This document shows, one piece after another, positions 1 through 11,575 of a stretch of DNA of 64,000 nt; the stretch's first letter is position 1; each line of letters opens with the position of its first letter. The position numbers were made by a program, and so were the translations under genes. The notes beneath the pieces are model-generated. The model made no database searches. It was not told the origin of the DNA and saw only the letters and a program-made list of their open reading frames with translations. Source of the DNA: Hemiscyllium ocellatum (Eukaryota); NCBI RefSeq assembly GCF_020745735.1, contig NC_083427.1, forward strand, positions 1,209,438-1,273,437, given 5' to 3'.

Positions 1-183
1 CCATCAGTAGAACAAGTGTGGATCTCACCTCAAGGTTAAATATGATGCTGACATTACAACATGATGTTCTGATACAATAAATGATTTTTTGGGTATTATT
101 TGAGAGTAAGCGATTGTAACATGACATCACCGAAACAATGTAGCCATCTATATGCAAAAAGTAAGTCTTAATTTGTAATTTAG

Positions 184-504
184 GCAGACAGCCTTCTCCA
201 CCAGTCATCAGTCTACACTACTCTGCAACTGAAGAACAGAGGGCAAACGGATTTCTTCAGCTGATTTGTCTCATCACTGGATACTATCCTGAAGGAACTG
301 TAGTGACCTGGCAGAAGAACGGAAATACCTTAAATTCTGGCTTTACAACTACATCTCCAACGAAAACAGCGACCAGTGATTTTAGCTCTACAAGTTTGCT
401 TAAAGTGTCCCTGCAGGAATGGAACAGCGGCTCTGTGTACATCTGTCAAGTTTCTCATTCTGCTTCCAACAGTAACCAGAGAAAAGAAATTAGTTCAACA
501 TCGG
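184..504 (+). CDS. IgNAR: IgNAR heavy-chain constant domain C1 exon
   Basis: Acceptor tttag|GC at 183/184 and donor G|GTAAGA at 504/505; 321 nt, phase 1/1. Translation (G)RQPSPPVISLHYSATEEQRANGFLQLICLITGYYPEGTVVTWQKNG...EWNSGSVYICQVSHSASNSNQRKEISSTS has the C1-set Cys/Trp/Cys and the SATEEQRAN signature of shark IgNAR C1. Confidence 0.97.
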
Positions 505-795
505 GTAAGAAAACTAAAAAACTCACAGACTCACATTCATAAACGTAATCAGTTTTGTAATAAATATTAGACAAGATGGAAAATTATTTTGTTGGGTTAT
601 TACTGAATGAAACATTCTTGAATTAGTTGCAGTGAGTAATATCAATAGGAATTTGTAGTCCAGAGAAATGTTACAGCAAAGATAAGTCGAAATGAAACAG
701 GTACCTAAACCCGCTCTTTCAAAAAAACAGTGGAGAATAACATCAGAAATTATTTCCCTTGCTCTGTATAGGTCTGACTGAAATAACCAAACTTT

Positions 796-1112
796 TAGAT
801 TAGATTAGATTAGACTAGACTAGACTAGACTTACAGTGTGGAAACAGGCCCTTTGGCCCAACAAGTCCACACGACCCACCGAAGCGCAACCCACCCATAC
901 CCCTTACCTAACACTACGGGGAATTAGCATGGCCAATTCACCTGACCCACACATCTTTGGACTGTGGGAGGAAACCGGAGCACCCGGAGGAAACCCACGC
1001 AGACACGGGGAGAATGTGCAAACTCCACACAGTCAGTCGCCTGAGGCGGGAATGAACCCAGGTCCCTGGCGCTGTGAGGCAGCAGTGCTAACCACTGTGC
1101 CACCGTGCTGCC
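796..1112 (-). mobile_element. tRNA-derived V-SINE (HE1-like), full length
   Basis: Reverse complement has A box TGGCACAGTGG, B-box-like GGGTTCATTCC, V-domain GTGGAGTTTGCACATTCTCCCCGTGTCTGCGTGGGTTTCCTCCGGGTGCTCCGGTTTCCTCCCACA and a (AATCT/AGTCT)n tail at 796-830. Confidence 0.92.
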
Positions 1113-1619
1113 GTGAGCAAACCTCTTAATTGACAAGTTTAGGCAGAGTTTCTGGATATTCTCAGAATTAAAAATTCTTTTGCAACGTGTAATCCCCCCG
1201 CTTTGCTTATTTTCCAAATCAATTCAGAGCAGCAAAATAAAGTTTTGACAATGCACACACTTCATTACAAAGGAATCATTTTCAACAATGCGTATTTGTA
1301 AAGCTGTCGCTAGTGAGGATTTAGTATTGTCTGTTGCTGATTGCTGCCACGCAATTGTAGATAGGATGTATTGGGGGGACAATGTTCAGAGTAGCTAAGT
1401 AGAGAGATAAGGTGTCTGGTGGAAAGAGATAGAAATTTGTTATTGGAAGGGGTTCTACAGAATGTTTATTTGGAACATTTATTATATAGATCATCATTTA
1501 GACAGGACTTTAAAATACCTATCGGTGATAATGATCTCATTGACCTTCTGTGCTTAAAATGCATCGACTGTCACGATGTGGTAAATTTTCTCTGTCTCTA
1601 CCTGTCTACCTTGCTCTAG

Positions 1620-2120
1620 AACTCCTGTTTTATTCCTGTCAGTTTTTTTCCTCTGTCTTTGTCTATCTATCTGTCTGTCTCTGCTTCCTCTGATCGCTGT
1701 CGTTCTGTCACTTCATCTTTGTTTTCACTGATCATGTGTCTATGTCTCGGTTTCTATGTACCTCTACGTCTCGGAATTATTTCTACTTTCGTCTTCTTGT
1801 TTCTGCAAGTTGGAATCATTTTTCGTGCATCAATTACTGTTGCTCCTTTTGCTTCTCTTAGGATTTGCACCTGTAGGTGTCCAATCCTCTATTTCTTATC
1901 TTCTTTCCCTCTAGCCTCTCCGTCCGTCTCTGGCTAGCTTCTCTGATCTGTCATCTCAAGCTCCCATTCACTAGCTTTATATCTCTATATCTATACCTGA
2001 CTCACAGTTTGTCTGTCTCTGAATCTGTCTCTATGAATGCTCACTTCACGGACCCACACGAAACACTTCATTTATCCAAATCTTTCTCTGACTTTCCTTA
2101 TTGCTTGCTCTGTTTCTTAA
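1620..2120. repeat. CT-rich low-complexity tract in the C1-C2 intron
   Basis: Strong pyrimidine bias (ctgt, ctct, tctat units); source of several spurious Leu/Ser-rich ORFs. Confidence 0.7.
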
Positions 2121-2187
2121 TTCTATTGGCAGAAGCAAATGATGCAAACCAACAAACCTGAAAAGATGCAATGGCGCTTCATATTTG

Positions 2188-2258
2188 TTGTGTGTGCATA
2201 TACATGTGTGTGTGGATATATATATGTGTGTGTGTGTATATATACACACACACACACA
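2188..2258. repeat. Compound (TG)n/(TA)n/(CA)n microsatellite
   Basis: Read directly; includes a perfect 32-bp palindrome at 2225-2256. Confidence 0.95.
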
Positions 2259-2429
2259 AGCATTAACACACAAACAAACACAAGACTCATGAGAAAGAGA
2301 GAAAGAGGGAGAGAGATGGTTGCATTTTTCATCCCTTCCTTGTTCACTGATTTTGACATTCTTGTTGCACGCCTGGTCACATTATTGAATCAGGGACCAG
2401 AATCTGAATCTCTGATTTCTCTCTGACAG

Positions 2430-2726
2430 AGATAGCTGTATTATTAAGGGAGCCATTGGTTGAAGAAATCTGGATCAATAAAAGTGCCATTCTGGTTTGC
2501 GAAGTGCATTCAACAGTTGCCAGTCAGGTAGTTATCTCTTGGATGGTGGATGGAAAGGTGCGGAATGAAGGCGTTCAAATTGAAGCAGCGAACAGAAACC
2601 AATATGTGACAATCAGCCGCTTGACTAGCACTGTGGACGAGTGGCAGAGTGGGGTGGAATACACATGTTCTGCAAAACAGGATCAATCATCACCCGCAGT
2701 ATCAAAACGAACAAGAATGGCAAGAG
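2430..2726 (+). CDS. IgNAR: IgNAR constant domain C2 exon
   Basis: Acceptor ctctctgacag|AG and donor G|GTTGGT; 297 nt, phase 1/1. EIAVLLREPLVEEIWINKSAILVCEV...SWMVDGKVRNEGVQ...EWQSGVEYTCSAKQDQSS...RTRMAR matches the IgNAR C2 pattern. Confidence 0.96.
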
Positions 2727-2806
2727 GTTGGTGACAAGAACTATGTATTTGTACATGTCATTTTATGAGCGAGGAAATACTAAAAATGTATGTACTTCTA
2801 TTACAG

Positions 2807-3124
2807 TTAAATCAATGAAGCCATATATCCGCCTCCTGCCTCCATCACCAGAAGAAATTCAGAACAGCAGCTCTGCTACTCTCACATGTTTGCTGAGAGG
2901 ATTCTATCCTGACAAAATACGCGTTTTCTGGGAGAAAGATGGAGCTTCTGTCAACGAGAACATCACCAATTTCCCCACTGCTCTGGAACAGGACCTGACC
3001 TACAGCGCACGGAGCCTCCTCATTTTACCTGCAGCAGAATGGAAGAGTGGCGCAAAATACACCTGTACTGCCTCGCATCCACCTTCACAGTCCACTGTGA
3101 AAAGGGTCATCAGGAGCCCGAAAG
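2807..3124 (+). CDS. IgNAR: IgNAR constant domain C3 exon
   Basis: Follows an 80-nt intron (2727-2806); acceptor ttacag|TT, donor G|GTAAGG; 318 nt. VKSMKPYIRLLPPSPEEIQNSSSATLTCLLRGFYPDKIRVFWEKD...TNFPTALEQDLTYS...EWKSGAKYTCTASHPPSQSTVKRVIRSPK. Confidence 0.97.
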
Positions 3125-3769
3125 GTAAGGACAGTGTTCTAGCAACCATGGTCAACATTAACACTTTGTGTTAAATATCAACAGAACATGAAATCTTAAC
3201 TAAACATTCTAAGGTTCCAGCAATTTTAAAATACACAAGATCTTTTGGAATGAAACACCTTTAGCACACTGCACATGGCTATGAGGTAAACAGGAGAAGC
3301 AATACCATCCAACAAGCGCATGGTCTCAAGGAGTGTGAAGCCCGGTGATATTAAAAAAGGAAGGAACCTCCTGTGGCGCATTGCCCTCTTGTGGCATCCT
3401 GGACCAAGATGCTTGTGTTTACTTGCCACCTCCTCCAGAGTTGTGTGTTGAGTTATCTGAACAGGTTGACGAGAAAAATAGGTTAACTAAAAACTTATGT
3501 TAAGAGAAAGGGCTGAAACACAAGATTAATGTTTGAAGGCGTGTTGTCTTTCGAGAACAATGAAATTTGTTGAGAGGATGATTGTGTCGAAATGATTTTA
3601 TGTTTTGCTTGCTTCTGTCACTGCTTCATGCTCCTCCTTTGATACCAGCTCGAGCGGTTGCTGACAGTCAACTGAAAGGTACTTAGAAATGCAAACATTT
3701 CTCGACGAGTAGAATTCATGCACATGAATTAACGTGTGCATTGGAAGGATTATATTATTCAGCCCTTTG

Positions 3770-4630
3770 ACCATGGAGGTCACATGGAGGGCAGTGACAA
3801 TGGATGTTGTAGATTACCGATGGACAGAGGTAAGATGCAGCCCTGGATTGTGGGTGCCAAGTGGAATTTAATGCGGAAAGCTGTGAGGTGGTTCACTCTG
3901 GAAATAGTTAAATGAGTCAAGTGTTCAAGGGGCACATGGTGAGATTTTTGGTGGTGCAGATGAGCAGAGGGATCTCAATGTCCATGTGCAGAGATCCTTG
4001 GAAGTTGCCACCCATGTTGATGGAGTTATTAAGAAGACTTACGCTATTTTAGTTTTGATTGGTAGAGGGAATGAGTTTCGGAACCATGAGTTCATGTTGC
4101 CTCTATGAAAAACTCTGGTGCGGCCACAGTTGGAATATTGCGTACAGTTCTCGTCACCACACTATAGGAAGGATTTGGAAGTTTTGGAAAGGGTTCAAAG
4201 GAGATTTACTGGGATGCTGCCTGATACCTCTTATGAGGAAATGCTGATGGACTTGAGAGTGTTTTCGTCAGAGTGAAGAAGTTTGGGATGTGACTTCATT
4301 GAGATATATAAGATAGTCAGAGGCTTAGATAGGGTGGACAATGAGAGCCTTTATCTTCGATTGGCCATGGACAGCACGCAGAGACATAGCTTTAAATTAA
4401 GTGTGATAGACATGGAGGTAGTTCCTTTCCTCACAGAGTAGTAGGGGCATGGAACGCATTGCCTGCTACAGTACTTGACTCGCAAACTTGAAGGGCATTG
4501 ACATGGTCATTGGATATGGATATGGACGAGAATGGCATAGGGTCGGTTAGATTGGCTTCAGGGTAGTTTTACAGGTCGGGGAAGCATCGAGGCCCGAAGG
4601 GCTTATACTGTGTTGTAATGTTCCATTTTC
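3770..4630 (+). mobile_element. CR1-type LINE (HER1-like) 3' fragment
   Basis: Decayed EQRDLxVHV and LVRPQLEYCVQFWSPHYRKD motifs and the typical 3' UTR ending ...gggcttatactgtgttgtaatgttc. Confidence 0.8.
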
Positions 4631-6022
4631 TAGATGATTAATTTTATTCTGATCAGTTTTTATTTAAAATTCCATTCCCGCCTCTATCACTAAATTGTAT
4701 TAGCTGAAAGGTTTTGAAAAAGCAAGACTATTTGGATGGAACATAAAATATGAACCACCTATTGAGGAAGAAATGGTAATAGAGCGCGACTGAACTCAGG
4801 TTGCGAATCGACAAATTCATGTTAACAGTCTGCTTGATTGAACAGAGATACAGCAGAAGAGATGAACTCAGGACAGCCAGAGGAAAAGCAAGGATTTGTA
4901 GTGAAGAGTTTGGAATGCGAGACAGTAATATTAATCAACAAGGGAGTAGTTTTTGCAATATTCTCCCGCCCAGACAACCTGACCGAGGCAATGACATAAC
5001 AGAGGAACTGCATAAGCTTTGCAATATGCGCACAAAATAGAATTATGCCGTTCGAACTATAGAATAGACATGGAGCATCATTCCTCACAAATATTATTGA
5101 AACTTTCAGAGATAACCCGATCTGTGAATTTTGTAATTGTACTAAAATTTAAGGTAACAATACAAACAGAACATTCAAGAACCTTCTTTTCATTTGTACT
5201 TTACGTTATGCACTAAGAAAGTAACTGTTATTGTACTAAGAGCAACCATTTTTCCTTTAGCAATCTAGGAGCATGCTTTCCCCTACGTTATGCATTCCTT
5301 TAAAATTATCACGATTCTGAACAAGTGTTAGTTTTGTCTATTCCCAACACCAGAGTTGAGAACTGAAAGACATGTGCTCACAATATTTTAGATTTCTTCA
5401 CTTAACACTCTTCAAAGATGAGTAATATGAAAAACATCTCTTGAATGGGTCCTTGACTGAAACTGAATCATGCAGCAAGTATCTTTTATTTTCAAATAAA
5501 AACCTGCCGAGGAAATAGGCAGCAAAATCAGTTGAAAGGATGCAATCAATAAAAATGCAGTTTGATACCAATTTCTCAATTTCTCCATGAGTTTTTCTGA
5601 CACAGAGCAAATAATGTTAGCTCATGTACAGCGGCCACATATGATATGTGTTTGCTCGTCTGGGATTGGATTCCGATAAATGCAGTTCATGTGGCAGCAA
5701 TTGTCTTCTGACATTGGTAACTGCAATAGGTGAAAATGTGCAGCACTCGAATGGAGACATTAGGCCTCAGTATACCCAAGGCAGAGCAGTTTCCAAATTG
5801 TTCAAGATTATATCGGAAATATTACTGAAGGCTTATCCATAATATTCAGAGTGAATGCAACCAATACGAAAAGGAGGACACAGCATCTGATTAACTAAGC
5901 CTAAACGGTCTCAGAAAACAGATAACAGATCGCAGTAAGTAAAACTATTTCCAACTCTAGTAGTGTTTTGGAATTGATTTCGATATCGCGGCCTGAAAAC
6001 ATGCATTCTTTTCTGTTTCGAG

Positions 6023-6343
6023 GTGATTGCCGTCAGACAGATATTGTGGTCCATCTACTGAAACCTCCGTTCCAAGAGATTTGGACGCAAAAGACAGCGA
6101 CCATTGTGTGTGAAATTGTTTACAGCAACTTAGAAAACATCAACGTTTTCTGGCAGGTGAATGGGGCTGAAAGAACAAAAGGAGTCAAGACAGAAAATCC
6201 TGTTTGGAACGGAAGTAAATTCACCATTTTGAGCAAACTTAAAGTCATTGCGTCAGAGTGGGACAGCGGTGCTGAATATGTTTGCTTGGTAGAAGACAGT
6301 GAATTACCAACACCAGAGAAAGCTTCTCTCAAAAAGAAAATTG
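6023..6343 (+). CDS. IgNAR: IgNAR constant domain C4 exon
   Basis: Acceptor ttttctgtttcgag|GT, donor G|GTAAGT; 321 nt. GDCRQTDIVVHLLKPPFQEIWTQKTATIVCEIVYSNLENINVFWQVNG...EWDSGAEYVCLVEDSELPTPEKASL; the extra N-terminal Cys (DCRQ) is the expected inter-chain cysteine. Confidence 0.97.
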
Positions 6344-6606
6344 GTAAGTCGGGATAGTACTGCAATAACAACAAAATAGAATTGATTTCGGAAGTCTGAA
6401 ATGAAAAAAAAAATATTTCGAAGAAACAGAGCAGGAATGGCAGAATCTATGGAGAGAAGAATAGGGTGAACGTTTCCAGTCCAGTATGTAACTTCCTAAA
6501 AATAGTAATTTATAATATTTTGATATAAGCCTGACTCATACAGTAGTTGAATGGAATAAAAAATCCTGTCAAACCATTAATGCGTTCCAGTAAATTCCCC
6601 CTAAGT

Positions 6607-6840
6607 CAGCAGCAGAAAGTGGCTCACTGGTTTGCACTGCTGCCTCAAGGCACAGGTTCAAATCGAACTCTGTGTAGAGGGTTCCCAAGTTCACGTGGGC
6701 TTCCATTGCGAGCTCCAGTTCTCGTCGACTATGTGCAAGTTAGATGGAATGGCAATGGGGTACGTGCTTTTGTCGGAGTGGGTCTTGGAGGGATGCTCTT
6801 TGGCGTTTGGGTAGGGACTTGTTGGGCCGAATGGCTTGTT
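6607..6840 (+). mobile_element. Degenerate V-SINE in the C4-C5 intron
   Basis: Diverged A/B boxes (tggctcactggtttgcactgctgcctc...ggttcaaatc) and a 3' part resembling the younger copies. Confidence 0.6.
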
Positions 6841-7143
6841 AAAACGTTATGAGGAAATCATGGAAAGCCAATAGCCGTGGCTTCTTCTTTACTGAAAATG
6901 AGCGTGAAGAACTGTAAGTGGATGAATCATTTGCACTCCACGAATAGCAATCTTTACAAAATGTATGATTGGCCCCAAGATTTAAACCAGCAAAGTAGGG
7001 GACATGAAATGCTGTAGCATTCAGAAATATTTGCATAGTCTGACAGATTGGAAATAATTTATAAACTATATGCATTACTAGCAATGAAATTCTAATGCAG
7101 ATGTAAGATGGTCTCAGCTAAACAAACATCACTCTCTTTGCAG

Positions 7144-7526
7144 ACGACCAAATGCGTCTTCCTCAGGTTTATCTCCTGCAGCCATCGACAGACGAGATTG
7201 ACGCTGAGAATTCAGCGACCCTGATGTGTCTCGTCACCAGCTTTTACCCAGCTGAGATCTACATTGGCTGGATGGCCAATGACACCCTTTTGGATACCGG
7301 GTACCGAACCCAATTGGATAGCCAGGCGGGGAATGGTTCCAACTTCGTGACCAGCAGGTTGAGAGTCACAGCGGCGGAATGGAACAATGACACCACTTAC
7401 TCCTGCTTAGTGGGACACCCATCCCTCAGCCGGGAGTTAATCAGAAGTACAAACAAATCTCATGGTAAACCGACAGCAGTCAATGTTTCAGTCGTACTAA
7501 GCGATATTGTTAAAACCTGCACATAA
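7144..7526 (+). CDS. IgNAR: IgNAR constant domain C5 exon plus secretory tailpiece (membrane form ends at internal donor 7464)
   Basis: Acceptor ctctctttgcag|AC. DDQMRLPQVYLLQPSTDEIDAENSATLMCLVTSFYPAEIYIGWMANDT...YSCLVGHPSLSRELIRSTNKSH, then tailpiece GKPTAVNVSVVLSDIVKTCT* with NVS sequon and penultimate Cys. Internal donor CATG|GTAAAC at 7464/7465 gives a 321-nt phase-1 exon for the membrane form. Confidence 0.97.
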
Positions 7527-7805
7527 CTTGCAGTGATTGACGAACTGTTTTCCATAGATAGGTTCATGTTACTATGGTAATAACTGTTAGAGTAACTGTT
7601 TAAGCATTTTCAATTCATTGCATGCATCAGTCACATTTAAGATCAGTGATCACTTTTGTCAAAAAGAAAGTAGCCACTATTCCAAATTGCATCTGTTGGT
7701 AAAAGATAATTAAGCTTAGACTCTGAAACGCAAGGAAAGGCTTGTCTTGTAAGTCTGATCGTTCTGACGATCGCTTGAAACGTTCCATCCTGCTACGGCA
7801 GGAAA

Positions 7806-7852
7806 AATAAACCATGTTTAAGTCTGTATGTGGCTCCGATGGTTGTAATAAA
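7806..7852 (+). terminator. Candidate poly(A) signals of the secretory transcript (two AATAAA)
   Basis: AATAAA at 7806-7811 and 7847-7852, 280-320 nt after the secretory stop, followed by a T/GT-rich stretch near 7875-7900. Actual usage is not determinable from sequence. Confidence 0.55.
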
Positions 7853-8869
7853 TGCAGAATGGAAATACTTTGACTTACTTATTCTTGGTTTGCATGTATA
7901 GTACTTCCAGAAAGATGATTTTGACCTTGATTGAAATGTGCGTGATACCCACTTGTGAGAAGCCAGCACTGCTGCTTGTTTACACGTGCAGACCTTTAGA
8001 GCCACTCGGCATCACTCTGAGTAAACCACACTTATCCTCACCATTTTTGACTGCACTCCTCCATCATGCAGAGCCAATGGGGTATCGCGTGGTAAAATAA
8101 AATGATTGAAGATATCGTGGTGTCAACTTGTTCAGTGTGTGAATCAGTTCTCCTCATTGCCCTTACCTTCATGTAGCCAGTCTTGGCAAGTACTCTACGT
8201 CCAGTCGTGACGTCCAGTCATTGTCTGTCGTATTTGTGTTGCATTTTCACAAGGATCCATGCTTGAGTCCTCATATAGAGCAGTCTACAAGCATTCCATC
8301 ACAGATATCATCCGAACAAGCTCAGCCTCCACTTCGACACTGATATCACATAATTCTCTCTAACAACCGTATATTTCTCCTCTGTGTTTGACTAATACAT
8401 CCTCAGACGTGACATAAAATCAAACAATGCAGAAGCCAAACTCATTGTCCTCTGTTTTGTCGTCAACTCAGGTTCGTCACTCTGTGGTGACAGTTGTTTT
8501 CTTTTCTGACTTGAAATTCGACATAAATGGAACATCTAAGTCCATCAATCATCCCAACAGAAGACTGCCATTTTTCTGGTTTGTCTGCATTCACCAAAAC
8601 CATATGATTCAAACTGACTGTTTCACCCATTCGTTGTCTGCTATGTATCATTCACTCTCTATAGTCTTAAATTTACACCAAACTGAAATACCAGGTATGT
8701 GAATTCGCAGCATTTCCCATTTACCCAACACGACTGAACTTTTCAACCATGTCTATTAATGCTTCCCGTGCAAAACGCTTCCTCACTTATCAAAATAACA
8801 TGCAGTGAGTCAAATTCGTGTTTGGATACCCTTACCTTCATTTAACCAGTCTTTCCATATATTCCATAG

Positions 8870-9122
8870 TACATAGAATATAGAACATAGAACAATACAG
8901 TGCAAAACAAACCTTTCGGCCCGAAATGTTGCACTGACCTATGGACTTTTCTCAGCTCGTCCCCCTACACTATCCCAAAATCATCCACGAGTTTATCTAA
9001 GGATTGTTTAAATCTCCCTATTGTGGATGAGTTGACTACCTTAGCAAGTAGGGAATTCCGCGCCCTTACCAGTCTCTGTGTACATCTTTCCTCTGACATC
9101 AATCTTAAATCTATCACCCATT
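8870..9122 (-). mobile_element. CR1-type LINE 3' end
   Basis: (acatagaa)n tail at 8870-8895 followed by the reverse-complement 3' UTR. Confidence 0.7.
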
Positions 9123-9552
9123 AATTTGTAGTTATAATACATTTATCATTCTGATACAGTATGATGAATTTCACTCGTACAGCATCATTACTGCGTCAGT
9201 GTAAGAATCGTTGCATTCAACGTCACCCATGTAGAAACTCCACACTAACCCTAAATATTAGCAGGCGAAGTCAGAGTCCACCTGGACAATGAAAGCATCC
9301 ATTTGAAGTATTATATGTGGATGCAAATCCATTATCAATCAGCTGATTCTATCGTTGGTGTAATAGCGTTATGTCATTTCCTACCTGTGCACCAAACAGA
9401 CCATTTTCCATGTATCAGTAGGTCTCCCAGCATCTGTGAAGAGAAAGCATTATTATTTTGTTCACGTGACCTTCATTAAAACCAACGAGGAAGGGTCACT
9501 CGAAACGAAACGTTATCTCTGAGTTTTCTCCACCGATGCTGACAGTTCGATT

Positions 9553-9700
9553 GGTGTATAAATAGGTAGGATTTATAAGGATATGGGTCAAGTGCTGGCA
9601 GGCGGGACTAGATTGTGTTGGGATATCTGGTTGGCGTGGACGGCTTGGACCAAAGGGTCTGCTTCCGTGCTGTACATCTCTATGACTCTATGACTGTAAG
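9553..9700 (+). mobile_element. CR1-type LINE extreme 3' end
   Basis: ggatatgggtcaagtgctggc...ggaccaaagggtctgcttccgtgctgtacatctctatgactctatgact tail. Confidence 0.75.
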
Positions 9701-10339
9701 TCATAAGTCCTTCGAGCAATTTTTGCTTTTGTTTCTGATTTGCAAGATCGACAGCTTCTTTTTCCTTTTTTATGTAAAGTGTCATGGCTGAAATATTGCA
9801 CACAATAAGCAGAAACCAATGCAGCAATCTGGGGAGTTGGTTGGCAGACTTGTGTCTAGTTTCAACTGCATCTACGATGCCTCTTCTCCAAAAAAAAACT
9901 ACATTTTAACATGGGAGGAAAAAATCTTTAGCAAAACATTTGCAACATTCCGAATCTGCAAGGCACAAATTTCACATTGGCTATTCTGATTCGAAGTTTT
10001 TCGTGAGGTTATGTGTTCTGATTAGTTTATGAGGGAGGAATGCAAAGGATTGTGGTTCTGAAATGTATGCATGAACACGAAAGCCTGCACCATTGGTCAG
10101 GTGTAAGATAGCACGCTCAGGTAACCTGCTTTGGTAAACATACATGTCTGAACAGCTGTTCATGAATATGATGACATTTTTTGACATTCAGCAGTTTTCG
10201 CAGTTTCAGGACATGCGATACTTATTCTCAGTAGATTGTATCTCCACATGTGACACTCTGCTTTGCTCTTCAATGTGACATAACTCCATGTTGAAAGGCA
10301 TATCTGTGCGTGGATAGATCTGTTCAACGTGATGTGACA

Positions 10340-11575
10340 ACTGTTCATGCTGGATTGGTGATTGGAGAGTTCATTTTCAATTGTCTGTTCTGTGTATCTG
10401 TACATGAGGCTGTCTCTGAGTGGGAAAATTTCAAAACAAGTTTTGTTTTTGATGAGTTTCCCCGTGGTAGGCAATTACACAAAATATTGAGGCATGGGAT
10501 TGAGCGTGCTTTCACGGTTTGGATCAAAAATTGGCTAGCTGAAAGAAAAAGGTGGTGTTTGATGGGAAATATTCTTCTTGGAGTTCAGTTACTTGTGGTG
10601 TACTGCAAGAATATGATTGGGGTCCACTGCTGTTTGTCGTTCTGATATATAACCTAGATGCGGCACAGAAGGATGGCTTAGTAAATTTGTGGCTGACACT
10701 AAGTTCGGTAGACTTGTGGATGGTGCCGAAGGACCTTGTGGATAACAGAGAGACATAGATAAACTATAGAGCTGTGCTCAGATGCGACAAATGGAGTTTA
10801 ATGCGGGAAGGTGTGACGTAATTGACTTTGGAAAGAATAGAAGGAATAAAGAGCACTGGGCTAACAGTAAGATTCTTGGTTGTGGAGAGGAGCAGAGAGA
10901 TCTCAGTGTCCATGTACGTAGATACTTGAAAGTTGCCACCCATTTTGATTGGGTTGTTATAAGGCATACAGTGTGTTAGATTTATTATTTTGTGTTTCAG
11001 AGTCACACGGTCATGCTGTAGTTGTGAAAAACTCTGGAGTGGCCGCAATTGGAGTATTTTGTACAGTTCTAGTAACTGCATTATAGGAAGGATGAGGTAG
11101 CTTTGGGAAGGGTTCAGACGATATATACTATGACTTTGCCCGGTTTGGAAATGAGACCTCATGAGCAAAGTCTGACCGACTTGAGGCTGTTTTCATGAGA
11201 GAGAAATAGGTTGGAGGTGACTTAATTGAGACATACAAGATAATCAGAGAGTTAGATAAGGTGGACAGTGAGAGCGTTTTTCCTCGGATAGCAATGGCTC
11301 CCTCGAGAGGACATAGCTTTAAATTGCGGGATGATAGTTTTTGGACAGTTGTCTGAGGTAGTTGCTTTACTCAGAAAATAATAGGGGATTGAACGCACTG
11401 CCTGCAAGAATAGCAGACTCGCCAACTTAATGACACTTAAATGGTCATTGGCTCGGCATATGGACGAGAATTGAATAATATAGGTTAGATATACTTCAAA
11501 TTGATTTCACAGGTCGGTGCTGCATTGATGGGTCTGTACTGCTCTATAATCTTCTATGTTCTGTGTTCTTTTTGG
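10340..11575 (+). mobile_element. CR1-type LINE fragment (RT C-terminus and 3' UTR)
   Basis: ORF remnants WIKNWLAERK, SSVTCGVLQ..GPLLFVVLI, QMEFNAGRCDVIDFG, EEQRDLSVHV. Confidence 0.85.

Noticed and set aside
8300-8760. Minus-strand Penelope RT-like words (KNGSL, DGLRCSIY)
   Set aside because: Too short and degenerate to assign a family.
7029-9328. Octamer motifs (ATTTGCAT 7029, ATGCAAAT 9321; also 43889, 59503)
   Set aside because: About the number expected by chance in 64 kb of AT-rich DNA, and not clustered.
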